A DNA stretch of 64,000 bases, taken from a virus. The position numbers and the translations under genes were made by a program. Numbering within the stretch: the stretch's first letter is position 1; each line of letters opens with the position of its first letter. The notes beneath the pieces were generated by a model. That model was given only the letters and a program-made list of their open reading frames with translations, was not told the origin of the DNA and searched no databases. Below, one piece after another: positions 36,240 to 45,272 of the stretch. The stretch lies in the IMG/VR virus record IMGVR_UViG_3300025138_000016; one strand, given 5' to 3'.

Positions 36240-36401
36240 CTATCTTGCAGAGGCAATTATAGTGAATACAGGCAAAGCGAACGGAAGAGCAAGCAGTAAA
36301 CTAATTTTTACGACTTCACAGACATGACATATGACATCATTATCTTTTAGGTTTTCAATTTTATTTACCATGCTCTTCGTAACTAATGTTACTGTGGTCA
36401 T
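36240..36401 (-). CDS. Small membrane protein with CxxC (53 aa)
   Basis: GGAG RBS before MTTVTLV; CHVC followed by the hydrophobic LLLALPFALPVF. Confidence 0.7.
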   Translation of the reverse strand: MTTVTLVTKSMVNKIENLKDNDVICHVCEVVKISLLLALPFALPVFTIIASAR

Positions 36402-36454
36402 GGTATCTCCAGTTTTTATATTAATAAACAAATGATATAATTAAATATCATGTA

Positions 36455-36462
36455 TATTTATA
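36455..36462 (-). promoter_or_regulatory. T4-type late promoter
   Basis: TATAAATA on the minus strand, directly after the hsp20 terminator. Confidence 0.65.
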
Positions 36463-36464
36463 AT

Positions 36465-36491
36465 AAAAAGGTGCACGTAAGCACACCTTTT
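36465..36491 (-). terminator. Intrinsic terminator after hsp20
   Basis: Minus strand GGTGTGC-TTAC-GTGCACC-TTTTT hairpin and U-tract. Confidence 0.8.
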
Positions 36492-36511
36492 CGCAAATGA
36501 TTTAAGTTATT

Positions 36512-36958
36512 TTACTCAGCTAAGAAGGTTTTTACAGAAACATCTTTACCAATTTCAATCGTACGAGGTTTAAGCTCTTCCGGTATCATATGAGTAAGTT
36601 GTATTTGTAAAACACCATTAATAATATCAGCTCTTTGCACAACTACATCTGTATTAAGAATAAAATCTTTATAGAATTCTCTACTAGATAATCCTTTATG
36701 TAAATATTCAGATGTTGATTTATCTTTAGTTTCAGCTGATACTGTTAGCTTATTTTCAGTGAGTGTAAGTGCTATATCTTCTTCTTTGAATCCAGCTACT
36801 GCTAGTTCAATAATATAGTTCTCATCATCAACCTTTATAATATTATAAGGTGGGTAATTAGAATTACTTACATGTTTTGCTCTTTCGAGCTCTGTGAATA
36901 GTTGATCGAAACCAACTGAGAAAGTCCCGAAACGGGACAATAGGTCTATGCTTGTCAT
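36512..36958 (-). CDS. Small heat-shock protein (Hsp20/IbpA-like)
   Basis: VGFDQLF, NYPPYNI, IELAVAGF, YLHKGLSSREF, NGVLQI and PRTIEI motifs. Confidence 0.96.
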   Translation of the reverse strand: MTSIDLLSRFGTFSVGFDQLFTELERAKHVSNSNYPPYNIIKVDDENYIIELAVAGFKEEDIALTLTENKLTVSAETKDKSTSEYLHKGLSSREFYKDFILNTDVVVQRADIINGVLQIQLTHMIPEELKPRTIEIGKDVSVKTFLAE

Positions 36959-37017
36959 TGTTATCTCCTTTAATTAAAGCAAGTTAAATACGAGCCCAGT
37001 ATTCTGGCACTCGTATT
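36959..37017 (-). promoter_or_regulatory. ROSE-like RNA thermometer in the hsp20 5' UTR
   Basis: Two hairpins; the 3' one pairs CUUGCUUU with AAAGGAG (SD) with a bulged G. Confidence 0.7.
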
Positions 37018-37042
37018 ATATATAGGCATCCTTTCGGAAAAG

Positions 37043-37507
37043 TCAAGCAGCTAATTCAGTCTTTAGCTGCTCTGATCTATGATCGAACCAACCATTGTCA
37101 ATCTTATATTGACATTCATAGTTGCATCTTTCACTCTGAGGTTGTAAGTCCCATTGCTCAGACTTAGCATGAATCTTAGAGTTCATCCATCCATCTGGAC
37201 CATTGAAAGTAAACTTAAGAGCTGACCATTTCTTATCAGAGTACTTAAGCATGATAGGTGTATCCCAGTCATCGCAGACCTTTTCAGAATTCTCACCAAC
37301 GTGATAGTCTGTAATATACTCTTCTGAGCCTGTACCATAATACTCTAACATACTAATTAGAGTTGGTATACCATCTCTCTCAATTCTGAGAGCTTGAGGA
37401 CCAGTGATATCTTCTACTACATAAGTAGAACCACCTTTGAATTTCCAATGAGGGTTCTGCTCATCGCCGTAGTTTTCTTTGTACTGGGTTTGAATAATAA
37501 GTTTCAT
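37043..37507 (-). CDS. Hypothetical protein (probably early)
   Basis: TQYKENYG...HWKFKGGSTY; AGGAG RBS and an upstream sigma70-like promoter. Confidence 0.8.
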   Translation of the reverse strand: MKLIIQTQYKENYGDEQNPHWKFKGGSTYVVEDITGPQALRIERDGIPTLISMLEYYGTGSEEYITDYHVGENSEKVCDDWDTPIMLKYSDKKWSALKFTFNGPDGWMNSKIHAKSEQWDLQPQSERCNYECQYKIDNGWFDHRSEQLKTELAA

Positions 37508-37537
37508 AATCTACTCCTTTTTTTAAATTATACAATT

Positions 37538-37565
37538 ATTATAACCTAACGAGAGAGAAAGTCAA
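37538..37565 (-). promoter_or_regulatory. Sigma70-type promoter
   Basis: Minus strand TTGACT-16 nt-TATAAT. Confidence 0.6.
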
Positions 37566-38401
37566 CTATTATTTTGATTTTTATTTCTTAAAGGTCTTAC
37601 CTTCTTTCCGTATGAACCATTATAGTCTAAGCATATTCTATAAAGCAATCGATCTCCTTTTACTTCATTACGTTTATGTAAACTATTCCATTGGTCCATA
37701 AAGACTAAGTCACCTGCTTCCCATTCATGATGATAAACATATCTATCTTGAAAGCACCACTCCATTAAGAAGTTATATGTGTCTTTATCTAAGCCGCCTT
37801 GTATGTAATGGTAAGAGAAGAATAGAGCTCTATCACCATTATAGGGATGAGTATGTACTAAAGGTTTCCATACTCCTTCTGGATATAACTTTTTAGTATC
37901 AAACATAACGAGTTCTTTATCGTCAGGATCTAAGTTATAAAATGTATTGTTTTTGAATTGATAATTACAGACTGTATTATCGAGACGATATTTAACCTCA
38001 GTAGGTAAATCGTCATAGGCTTGTCTCATGTCAACAAAACTAGTAATAGAATCATCACCAGGCTTAACACAATAGAGAGCTACACATGCCTCATCTCCGA
38101 TGAGCTTCCTGCCGTTACCGTTGGAATGCCACCCCAGCTCTTTATCAGCAAAGATGCCAATCTTTTCGCCTTCAACTCTCTTATTGGTAACTCTGAATAG
38201 ACCAGGATACTCTGGATGCATATAAAACCTTTTAGGGTTCATAACATTACCGATCGTATTTGTTATACGTACGATATCTGATTCGTGTAAGTCTTGATCA
38301 CGGAGTATAGTGATATTATAGTTAGGTAATTTCTTACCAAACTTTTTAATCATCTCACTATCATACTCCTTGATGTTTATATCAGGAGTGTATACTTGCA
38401 T
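37562..38401 (-). CDS. TauD/TfdA-family dioxygenase-like protein
   Basis: TSFVDMRQAYDDLP, KPLVHTHP, YHHEWEAGDLVFMD, LHKR and RLLYR; the first metal motif reads WHSN. Confidence 0.85.
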   Translation of the reverse strand: MQVYTPDINIKEYDSEMIKKFGKKLPNYNITILRDQDLHESDIVRITNTIGNVMNPKRFYMHPEYPGLFRVTNKRVEGEKIGIFADKELGWHSNGNGRKLIGDEACVALYCVKPGDDSITSFVDMRQAYDDLPTEVKYRLDNTVCNYQFKNNTFYNLDPDDKELVMFDTKKLYPEGVWKPLVHTHPYNGDRALFFSYHYIQGGLDKDTYNFLMEWCFQDRYVYHHEWEAGDLVFMDQWNSLHKRNEVKGDRLLYRICLDYNGSYGKKVRPLRNKNQNNS

Positions 38402-38404
38402 AAT

Positions 38405-38806
38405 TTAATTTATCTTTTTACCAATATTGTACTTAGCAACTAATTCCCATGAAGTCTTTTCTTTATGAGGAATGATTTTAATTTTAGAAACAGGTACCAT
38501 TGGCTCAACTATCTTAGCTGGATCGACTAGAGTTAATAGTCCCCATTCAGTTAATAGTTTAGCAATGCAGTTCCTTCTGCCTTCATCTTCCTTTGTAAAG
38601 TCATGTGGTTTATTGTCTAGTCCAAACAGCTCTTTAAAGTGCACAATATAGTATTTACCTTGCTTGTGCAATATATGGCATGATTGGTATAGTGTGTTTG
38701 TTTTTTTAGACGCCACACCTATGCGCGTCAATGTCTCTTTGATTTTAAGAAAATCATCATCTTTCTTAAGAAGGATTTCTACCATCTTCTCTACTTGATT
38801 GTTCAT
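38405..38806 (-). CDS. regA: Translational repressor RegA
   Basis: DFLKIKETLTRIG, LYQSCHILHKQG.YYIVHFKELF and KYNIG motifs. Confidence 0.97.
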   Translation of the reverse strand: MNNQVEKMVEILLKKDDDFLKIKETLTRIGVASKKTNTLYQSCHILHKQGKYYIVHFKELFGLDNKPHDFTKEDEGRRNCIAKLLTEWGLLTLVDPAKIVEPMVPVSKIKIIPHKEKTSWELVAKYNIGKKIN

Positions 38807-39176
38807 TCTGTCCCTTTGATACTGAATTACATATTATATCAAGCTGTGATTGCGATAGAATTTTTAGATACTCTTCAGCTTTGCTCTCACTGCAATTATA
38901 ATATTGTGTAATTAAACTCACCTCATTATTATTAGCGGCCTTGTGCCACTTGCTAAACCTCTTTCGAGGTCTGACAATATTTATGAGATAGTCATATGCG
39001 AGCTTGTTATCTATAGATGTTCTCATGTTCATCTCGTTCGCATGCAACACAGTATCAGGGTAGTATGATAATCCTCTGTTAGTTAAAAATGGTATATACT
39101 CTTTCTCTTCTACTTCAGAATGCATAATATAATTTTTCTTATAAGATATAGAATTTAAGAAGTCAAAAGGTTTCAT
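38766..39176 (-). CDS. 62: Clamp loader small subunit (gp62-like)
   Basis: PFDFLNSI, Y.PFLTNRGLSY, ANEMN and RKRFSKW motifs; position between gp44 and regA. Confidence 0.92.
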   Translation of the reverse strand: MKPFDFLNSISYKKNYIMHSEVEEKEYIPFLTNRGLSYYPDTVLHANEMNMRTSIDNKLAYDYLINIVRPRKRFSKWHKAANNNEVSLITQYYNCSESKAEEYLKILSQSQLDIICNSVSKGQNEQSSREDGRNPS

Positions 39177-39397
39177 AGGTTTAATTCTTCGCCGTCAATA
39201 GTTACTTCACATACAACACAAAACTCATCATCATCATGATAACATATGTCAGGAGAAGTAGCACGATCTAATTTGCGCTCAAGTAATGTTTTTTCTCTAA
39301 TGAGTGCTTCTATTCTTATATAAGCAGCACTTAACTGGCTTTGCAGCTCAGCTATATTTCTTTTAAGGAGTTCTTCGTTAGTTAGTTTCGGTGCCAT
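39173..39397 (-). CDS. Hypothetical coiled-coil protein with C-terminal Cys/His cluster
   Basis: 74 aa; CYH...CVVC. Confidence 0.65.
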   Translation of the reverse strand: MAPKLTNEELLKRNIAELQSQLSAAYIRIEALIREKTLLERKLDRATSPDICYHDDDEFCVVCEVTIDGEELNL

Positions 39398-39548
39398 GTT
39401 TCTTTATATACTCTAAAAATTGTCCTAACGTTGTATCAGGTGGACAGTTATGACCGAGTGACCTAGCTCTAAGCATTGCTTCTCTCCATGTACGGAAGTG
39501 CGATGAAACATACTTAACGCTATGTGTTGATGTACTTACTATACTCAT
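39378..39548 (-). CDS. Hypothetical protein
   Basis: Likely start MSIVSTS with AGGAG RBS (the ORF-track start overlaps the previous gene). Confidence 0.6.
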   Translation of the reverse strand: MSIVSTSTHSVKYVSSHFRTWREAMLRARSLGHNCPPDTTLGQFLEYIKKHGTETN

Positions 39549-39775
39549 TTCGGCTCCTTTAATAATCCAAGAAGCTGACGATGACCTAGTTCTGTTTTTA
39601 GCTTCTCTATATAAACAGTTGCGTCCATTAACTCTTCTTGTAAGTGTGTTAGCCACTCATCAAGAGTAAGATCAGTACGATCTAAGTTAGTATTATACTT
39701 CTTAAACCCTACCTCTTCTCTATGTAAATATTTATCGACTACAGCAGCCACTTGTGTATCTTTATTTGAGCTCAC
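39545..39775 (-). CDS. Small MazG-like all-alpha protein (putative nucleotide pyrophosphohydrolase)
   Basis: REEVGFKKY...LDR.DL...WL.HLQEELMDATVY contains an EExxD acidic cluster. Confidence 0.6.
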   Translation of the reverse strand: MSSNKDTQVAAVVDKYLHREEVGFKKYNTNLDRTDLTLDEWLTHLQEELMDATVYIEKLKTELGHRQLLGLLKEPK

Positions 39776-40706
39776 AGTTCACCATAATTTCAGCTAAGCA
39801 TGCTGACATATTTAATTCATGATCGGCTACGAAGGCAGCTTTATATTGATAGTCAGCTAGTATAAGAACTAATTGAGGTACACTACCCTTAGCAAATATA
39901 TCATTAGCTACATTATAAAACTTACGAAAGATTCTAGATGAGTCATTATTAATATTCTCAGCTACCCACTTACGTACACCAGTAAAGTTTTTATTCTTCA
40001 TATACTCAGTAAGCTCTTTAATAGATACTTCTTGTAAGTCAGCTAAGATACCAGAGTCTATTCTACCAGTAGCAGAGTACCTCTGAAGTTCATTCAGTAC
40101 ACGTCTCCAATCTGGGAAATGCTTTTGTATAAAAGCAGCAACTACTTTATCATCATAGATAATATTCTCAGTAGTAAGTATAAGTTTAACTCGTTCAAAG
40201 AACTCCATAGCTAAAGCAGGCTTCTCTTGTGACTTAATATCAAAGTCAATAACAGAACATCTACTATGCAAGGGAGCTATAATTCTATTCTTATAGTTAC
40301 AAGTTAAAATAAAGCCACAGTTCTTAGAGAACTCTTCCATAAAGTTTCTAAGAGCAGGCTGAGTAGAGTTAGCGTTTAAGTAATCAGCTTCATCTAGTAT
40401 AACATATTTACGACCACCAGAGAAACTAACACTAGATGCAAATTGCATTATATCGTTTCTTAATGTATCAATATTACCAGAAAGAGATCCGTTAATAACT
40501 ATAAAGTCTGAGTCTAATTGATTCAGCATAGCTTTAGCGATAGTAGTTTTACCTACGCCAGGACCACCTGAAAGGATTAGATTAGGAACATTATTTTGAT
40601 CTACAAACTGCTGGAACACAGTCTTTAGTTCGTAAGGGAGTACCGTATCAGCTACTTTCGCAGGACGGTACTTTTCAACCCAGAGAAAATTCTCACCATT
40701 TAACAT
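39762..40706 (-). CDS. 44: Clamp loader large subunit (gp44-like)
   Basis: LWVEKYRP, GGPGVGKTT, ILDEAD and LHSRC motifs. Confidence 0.97.
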   Translation of the reverse strand: MLNGENFLWVEKYRPAKVADTVLPYELKTVFQQFVDQNNVPNLILSGGPGVGKTTIAKAMLNQLDSDFIVINGSLSGNIDTLRNDIMQFASSVSFSGGRKYVILDEADYLNANSTQPALRNFMEEFSKNCGFILTCNYKNRIIAPLHSRCSVIDFDIKSQEKPALAMEFFERVKLILTTENIIYDDKVVAAFIQKHFPDWRRVLNELQRYSATGRIDSGILADLQEVSIKELTEYMKNKNFTGVRKWVAENINNDSSRIFRKFYNVANDIFAKGSVPQLVLILADYQYKAAFVADHELNMSACLAEIMVNCELK

Positions 40707-40722
40707 AATATAATATCTCCGA

Positions 40723-41229
40723 TTAGGAGTTAGTGCGTAAGTATTCTAAAACACTCTCAGCAGACGACACTTCAAATGGATCAGCAGGATGATCATCCTC
40801 TTGACCTTCTTCTTCTAGCATCTTTTCAAGCAAGCCGTTTTCAATAACAGCAGCATATCTCCAGCTTCTAATTCCGAAGCCGAGATTATCTTTAGCAACA
40901 GCCATACCCATTGAGTATGTAAAGTCACATGAACCGTCAGGTAACATCTTAACATTCTTAATACCAAGATGAGTAGCCCATGCTTTCATAACAAATGGAT
41001 CATTAACAGATAGGCAATACACCTCATCTACATAGTCCATCATATCTTCATACAGCTCATCAAAGCCTGGTAGCTGAAGATTAGAACAAGTAGGAGTAAA
41101 TGCGCCAGGTAGTGCAAATAATACTACTCTTTTATTAGCAAAGAGATCATAAGATGTCTTACTGACAAACTCACCCTCTTCTCTAAATTTGAAACTTACA
41201 GCTGGTACAGCATCACCTTCATATAACAT
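40723..41229 (-). CDS. Peroxiredoxin (Prx5/redoxin family)
   Basis: LPGAFTPTCS, SVNDPFVM.AW and GFGIRSWRYA motifs. Confidence 0.95.
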   Translation of the reverse strand: MLYEGDAVPAVSFKFREEGEFVSKTSYDLFANKRVVLFALPGAFTPTCSNLQLPGFDELYEDMMDYVDEVYCLSVNDPFVMKAWATHLGIKNVKMLPDGSCDFTYSMGMAVAKDNLGFGIRSWRYAAVIENGLLEKMLEEEGQEDDHPADPFEVSSAESVLEYLRTNS

Positions 41230-41911
41230 CTTCATCACCTTTATTAAAATTAGAATTCGTTTCAGTAGCTACGAAATATTCTAGCTTACATCCTTCAGTA
41301 TTAATAGACGTAAACTTAGCAATACCTTTAGCTGATACTTCAATAAGATAGCTTAGGTTTAATAGCTTTAAGTTCTCTACTTTAAATATAAAAGTAAACT
41401 CATCATCAGTCTCACCTATCTCAGATGAATAAACATCTGCAGTAGGGTTCTTAGAATCAATAGCACTTATATATACTTCACCTGAACTACCTATAAGAGC
41501 AATCTCAGGTAGCTGCATTACAGCAGCTGCTTTTAGTACTTGTGATATCTCAGACCACGATGCGGTTACAGATACTTCTGGATCAGGAAAAGATATATCC
41601 TTTTCAGGAGGAGTAACTATCATCTGCGGATCAGCGAATGTATAATTAATCTTTCTCTTCTCTTTCTCTACAGTTACTTTACTGTTATGGAATACTAGAT
41701 TAGGAGCTTCGAATAGAGATAGCACACCCATAAACCTATTCAGATCATAGATAGCACCATCACTAGGAATAGCTTCATCAATAGTAGCTTTCGCCATTAC
41801 AGTCTTTTGAGGACTTACCGTTCTTAATTCATGACCAGCTTTAAACTGAATCGATGGATTAATCTGCGAGAAGTTTTTTAATACGTTAGCCGTCGCTTCA
41901 CTTAATTGCAT
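41219..41911 (-). CDS. 45: Sliding clamp (gp45-like)
   Basis: LKNFSQINPSI, IYDLNRFMG, FKVENLK and YFVATE motifs. Confidence 0.96.
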   Translation of the reverse strand: MQLSEATANVLKNFSQINPSIQFKAGHELRTVSPQKTVMAKATIDEAIPSDGAIYDLNRFMGVLSLFEAPNLVFHNSKVTVEKEKRKINYTFADPQMIVTPPEKDISFPDPEVSVTASWSEISQVLKAAAVMQLPEIALIGSSGEVYISAIDSKNPTADVYSSEIGETDDEFTFIFKVENLKLLNLSYLIEVSAKGIAKFTSINTEGCKLEYFVATETNSNFNKGDEDVI

Positions 41912-41926
41912 AATATAATTATAACC

Positions 41927-42931
41927 TTACTTAGGATTCGTTGCAACTTTCTTTTTCTTTAACTTCTTTTCATCAGCGGTTGCACTAGCGCCAATAGAAG
42001 CCAGATCAGCTAGTGATCCACCGAATACATATGAACCTACATGCTGTAATTGCATCCAAGGACATAGCCATATATTCATATCTAAATTATTAACCCATTG
42101 ACAGAACATATAATCTTCTGAAAGGTATCTATTAGTATAGGTCTCTCTTGCGATACCAGTACGTTTTTGATCAGCAGATAAGAATGACTTAACTTCGTCA
42201 GGAGTAGCTTCTGGATTAGCTTCAAAGAAAGCTTCCATCTCTTGTTCTAAGTTTTGATACTTATCATCAATAAGAGCATCAAAGTAGGCCATGATCTCTC
42301 TACTGCCATCGAACTCAGCTGTTCTTACATGGTCAGGCTTATACATAAGGTTAGGATAAGCTTCGTTATATCTCTCAAATGTCTCTCTACGAATCATCAT
42401 GAAGCCAGTTCCACCTTCTAATACCTTAGCAGGCATATCTAGTTTAATCTGGTTACCACCCTCTTTAGGATTGAATACATAGTCACCTACATACTTACCT
42501 AACACTTCTGGGTCTTCATCAGCTACACCTTTATCAACAGCATGCTTAATTTTTTCCCATGAAATACATTTCTTAGGATATGGTCCGCACATTACATCAT
42601 GAGGGTTACCATCATTCAGTTCATCATGTCCGTCTATCATTGCTAGCATAGCAATAACATCATTAGCGTTAAAGCCAATATCACTATCAATAAACATCAA
42701 GTGAGTACAATCAGATCTCATAAACTCATCTGCACAATAGTTACGTGCTCTTGTGATAAGAGATTCATTAAAAAGATAGTAGAATTTTATCTCAATGCCG
42801 TAAGCTTTAGCTAGCGCTGATAAGTCGTTAGTCGACTTACAGAACATTCCTGCACATTGACCACCGTACATCGGTGCTGCAACGAAGAGCTTTTTAGTTC
42901 TAAGTTCTTCTATTTGAATTTGTATATTCAT
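41927..42931 (-). CDS. GT-A-fold (GT2-like) glycosyltransferase
   Basis: PMYGG, ESLITRARN, HLMFIDSDI (DxD), GTGFMMI and YLSEDYMFC motifs. Confidence 0.85.
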   Translation of the reverse strand: MNIQIQIEELRTKKLFVAAPMYGGQCAGMFCKSTNDLSALAKAYGIEIKFYYLFNESLITRARNYCADEFMRSDCTHLMFIDSDIGFNANDVIAMLAMIDGHDELNDGNPHDVMCGPYPKKCISWEKIKHAVDKGVADEDPEVLGKYVGDYVFNPKEGGNQIKLDMPAKVLEGGTGFMMIRRETFERYNEAYPNLMYKPDHVRTAEFDGSREIMAYFDALIDDKYQNLEQEMEAFFEANPEATPDEVKSFLSADQKRTGIARETYTNRYLSEDYMFCQWVNNLDMNIWLCPWMQLQHVGSYVFGGSLADLASIGASATADEKKLKKKKVATNPK

Positions 42932-42933
42932 TC

Positions 42934-43374
42934 TTAGCTTTCTACCTTCATTACGATTAAGTCAGCAACGTTAGTTCCAGGTTGGAAGAAACACTCACCG
43001 CCGTTAGCAATTAACTGACCGGAAATAAGACCTTTAAAGCCGGGCTCTAACATGGTAGTAGGTATACTACAACCACCAGCTTGTAATTGCTTATTAACAA
43101 TCATCATTCCGACATGACCTTCTGGTATATTAGCATATACATCAGATGTAAACTCGTACGTTCCTGGGAACATATGATAGATCTCTCTTTCTTTATCAGG
43201 GTCACCTGGGTCAATCATAGTTTGAAGCTCATAAGTCTCTCTAGCGAGCTCTTGATCGTCATTAATAACAAATGGGTTACCTTGATAACCTTTAATTGTC
43301 TTTGCGCTAATTGGTACTGAGTAACTTGTACCTTCGTCTGCACCATTTACTAGTGCTGTTGGATCTACTAACAT
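42934..43374 (-). CDS. Degenerate dCTP deaminase/dUTPase-fold paralogue
   Basis: PGTYEFT, EPGFKG and VADLIV align with the neighbouring dcd-like gene, but the RS and D motifs are lost. Confidence 0.65.
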   Translation of the reverse strand: MLVDPTALVNGADEGTSYSVPISAKTIKGYQGNPFVINDDQELARETYELQTMIDPGDPDKEREIYHMFPGTYEFTSDVYANIPEGHVGMMIVNKQLQAGGCSIPTTMLEPGFKGLISGQLIANGGECFFQPGTNVADLIVMKVES

Positions 43375-43875
43375 TTATTTCTCCTGTTTATATTTTTTAT
43401 CATGCTCTTTGCCTAAACCATAATCACCATCATACATTGAGAGTGATTCAGCCTCGAATAATAAGAACTGACCGAGTCGAGTTCCTTCTTTAGTTTTAAA
43501 TGGTCCAGAAGTGACATGTAGAGCCCCTGCCATTATACCCTGATAACCAGAGTCGTAAAGTCCTGAAGTTAAATAGACACCATTTCTATTCAACGTTGAT
43601 CTAGTAATAACAAAGCCCGCTTCACCTTCAGCTATGCTGACGATATTCTTAAACGTAACTTCGTAAGTACCAATCGGTAAATTGTAGTATCCATCTGCGC
43701 CTGACGCGACTTCAACTGAACCTCTATGCTGCTTCTTATCTTCATCAATAAGAAACTCAGAGTCATTTATAGAAAATATTTTATCTAATCTTAGATCTAC
43801 TGCATTAGGTTGAATGTCTTTAGGTTCGACATTAGTAAGGGAGGATGTATTTTTTTCACTTGCGATATTAATCAT
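43375..43875 (-). CDS. dCTP deaminase/dUTPase family protein
   Basis: IQPNAVDLRL, TRSTLNRNG, YDSGYQG, RLGQF and YDGDYG motifs. Confidence 0.88.
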   Translation of the reverse strand: MINIASEKNTSSLTNVEPKDIQPNAVDLRLDKIFSINDSEFLIDEDKKQHRGSVEVASGADGYYNLPIGTYEVTFKNIVSIAEGEAGFVITRSTLNRNGVYLTSGLYDSGYQGIMAGALHVTSGPFKTKEGTRLGQFLLFEAESLSMYDGDYGLGKEHDKKYKQEK

Positions 43876-44510
43876 TATATACTACCAAAATAATAAGGGT
43901 TTTCTTTAGTACTAAAACTACTTATATGATATAGTTCATTCCTCTCAAAGTCAATCCTGAAAGCCTTATTAGGTTCAGTAGGACTACTTCCTGGGAACTT
44001 AGTACTGGATATATTTAGCTGATCATCTATGAACATAGGTGATATTTCATTACGAAAAATAAATATTTCACCTTCGTCATATTGAAGACAACTATAAGTA
44101 CCATCAACATTATCCAATTGTCGATAGCCATGAGAAATAGCTTCATGTATTAAAGCTGTATCCCATTCAAGGTCAGATTCATATGTCTTCTTTAGAGACT
44201 TAATACAATCTTCCTTTATAATACCGTTGTGCCATAGAAGATCTGCTCCTTCCCTTCGTACGCTAGGGTGGATACTTTCTATGGCCGAAGCTGCGGTAGT
44301 AGGTGCCTGGATGTGTGCTACATAATACATCCCTCGTTCGGTCTCCAGACCGTCTAATGAGAATGGCCCCATACATTTTCGCTTCGTAACCAATTCTTTC
44401 GTTTTCAGACTATATTCCGATAACGAATGTGAGTGCTGACCTCTGTAAGCATTAAGTTCAGCTAACTCTAATAGTTTATCTAATTCTCTACTGCCAAATA
44501 TTGCGCACAT
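43875..44510 (-). CDS. Stand-alone class II (Ntn) glutamine amidotransferase
   Basis: MCAIFG (N-terminal Cys nucleophile), YRG, AHIQAPT, HP, WHNGII and DT motifs; directly downstream of queC. Confidence 0.88.
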   Translation of the reverse strand: MCAIFGSRELDKLLELAELNAYRGQHSHSLSEYSLKTKELVTKRKCMGPFSLDGLETERGMYYVAHIQAPTTAASAIESIHPSVRREGADLLWHNGIIKEDCIKSLKKTYESDLEWDTALIHEAISHGYRQLDNVDGTYSCLQYDEGEIFIFRNEISPMFIDDQLNISSTKFPGSSPTEPNKAFRIDFERNELYHISSFSTKENPYYFGSI

Positions 44511-44513
44511 AAT

Positions 44514-45272
44514 TTAAATATATTGTTGAGTTATTTTAATCCAATCAAAGCCTTCTACATATTCAATAGGATCGGCTCGATCAGCTTTTACAAAGTTCAT
44601 GATTCTTTCGGCACAAGTTGGACAGGTACCGCACGATTTACCATCTACTGGATTATAACATGAAATCGTATTAGAAAGCAACTCGAATTGTTCCATTTCA
44701 ATCGCAAGATCAATCTCTTGCTTTTTACTTAACTGGCTAAATGGAGCTACTATCTCAACACTATGCGTTCTATTTTGTTCAGCAACGTTATTTAGGCTAT
44801 CTACAAAGCGCTGAGACGTATCCCAATACCCATACTCGTCATGAACTTGAAGTCCAGTAAACACATGAGAGGCTTTCTTTACTTCAGCTAAAGACATAGT
44901 CATCGATAACATAATTAAATTCCTAAAAGGTACGTAAGTAGGTGGTTGCGGATCACCTAATACATCTTGTATAGTAGGCATAGTGATATCAGTACCACCA
45001 ATATTAGCTGACATCGGTCTAGCTATATCACCTAGTACATTTAAGTCTAATATCCTATGACGTATACCTAACTTATTACATAAAGCAAAAGCTCTTTCTA
45101 ACTCTACTCTCTGCTTCTGACCATAGTCATAGCTTACAGCAGACACTCGCTCTGCACCGTACTTGGCGACCAGTAACATAGTTACTACAGATGAATCTAA
45201 ACCACCTGAGAGCACAGCTAATACATTCTTATCTGTATTCGGTAGACTATCTAATGCTTCTTGTAATGTCAT
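44514..45272 (-). CDS. queC: 7-cyano-7-deazaguanine (preQ0) synthase
   Basis: LSGGLDSS, YDYGQKQ, TYVPFRN, YWD and SCY...CGTCPTCAER motifs. Confidence 0.96.
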   Translation of the reverse strand: MTLQEALDSLPNTDKNVLAVLSGGLDSSVVTMLLVAKYGAERVSAVSYDYGQKQRVELERAFALCNKLGIRHRILDLNVLGDIARPMSANIGGTDITMPTIQDVLGDPQPPTYVPFRNLIMLSMTMSLAEVKKASHVFTGLQVHDEYGYWDTSQRFVDSLNNVAEQNRTHSVEIVAPFSQLSKKQEIDLAIEMEQFELLSNTISCYNPVDGKSCGTCPTCAERIMNFVKADRADPIEYVEGFDWIKITQQYI

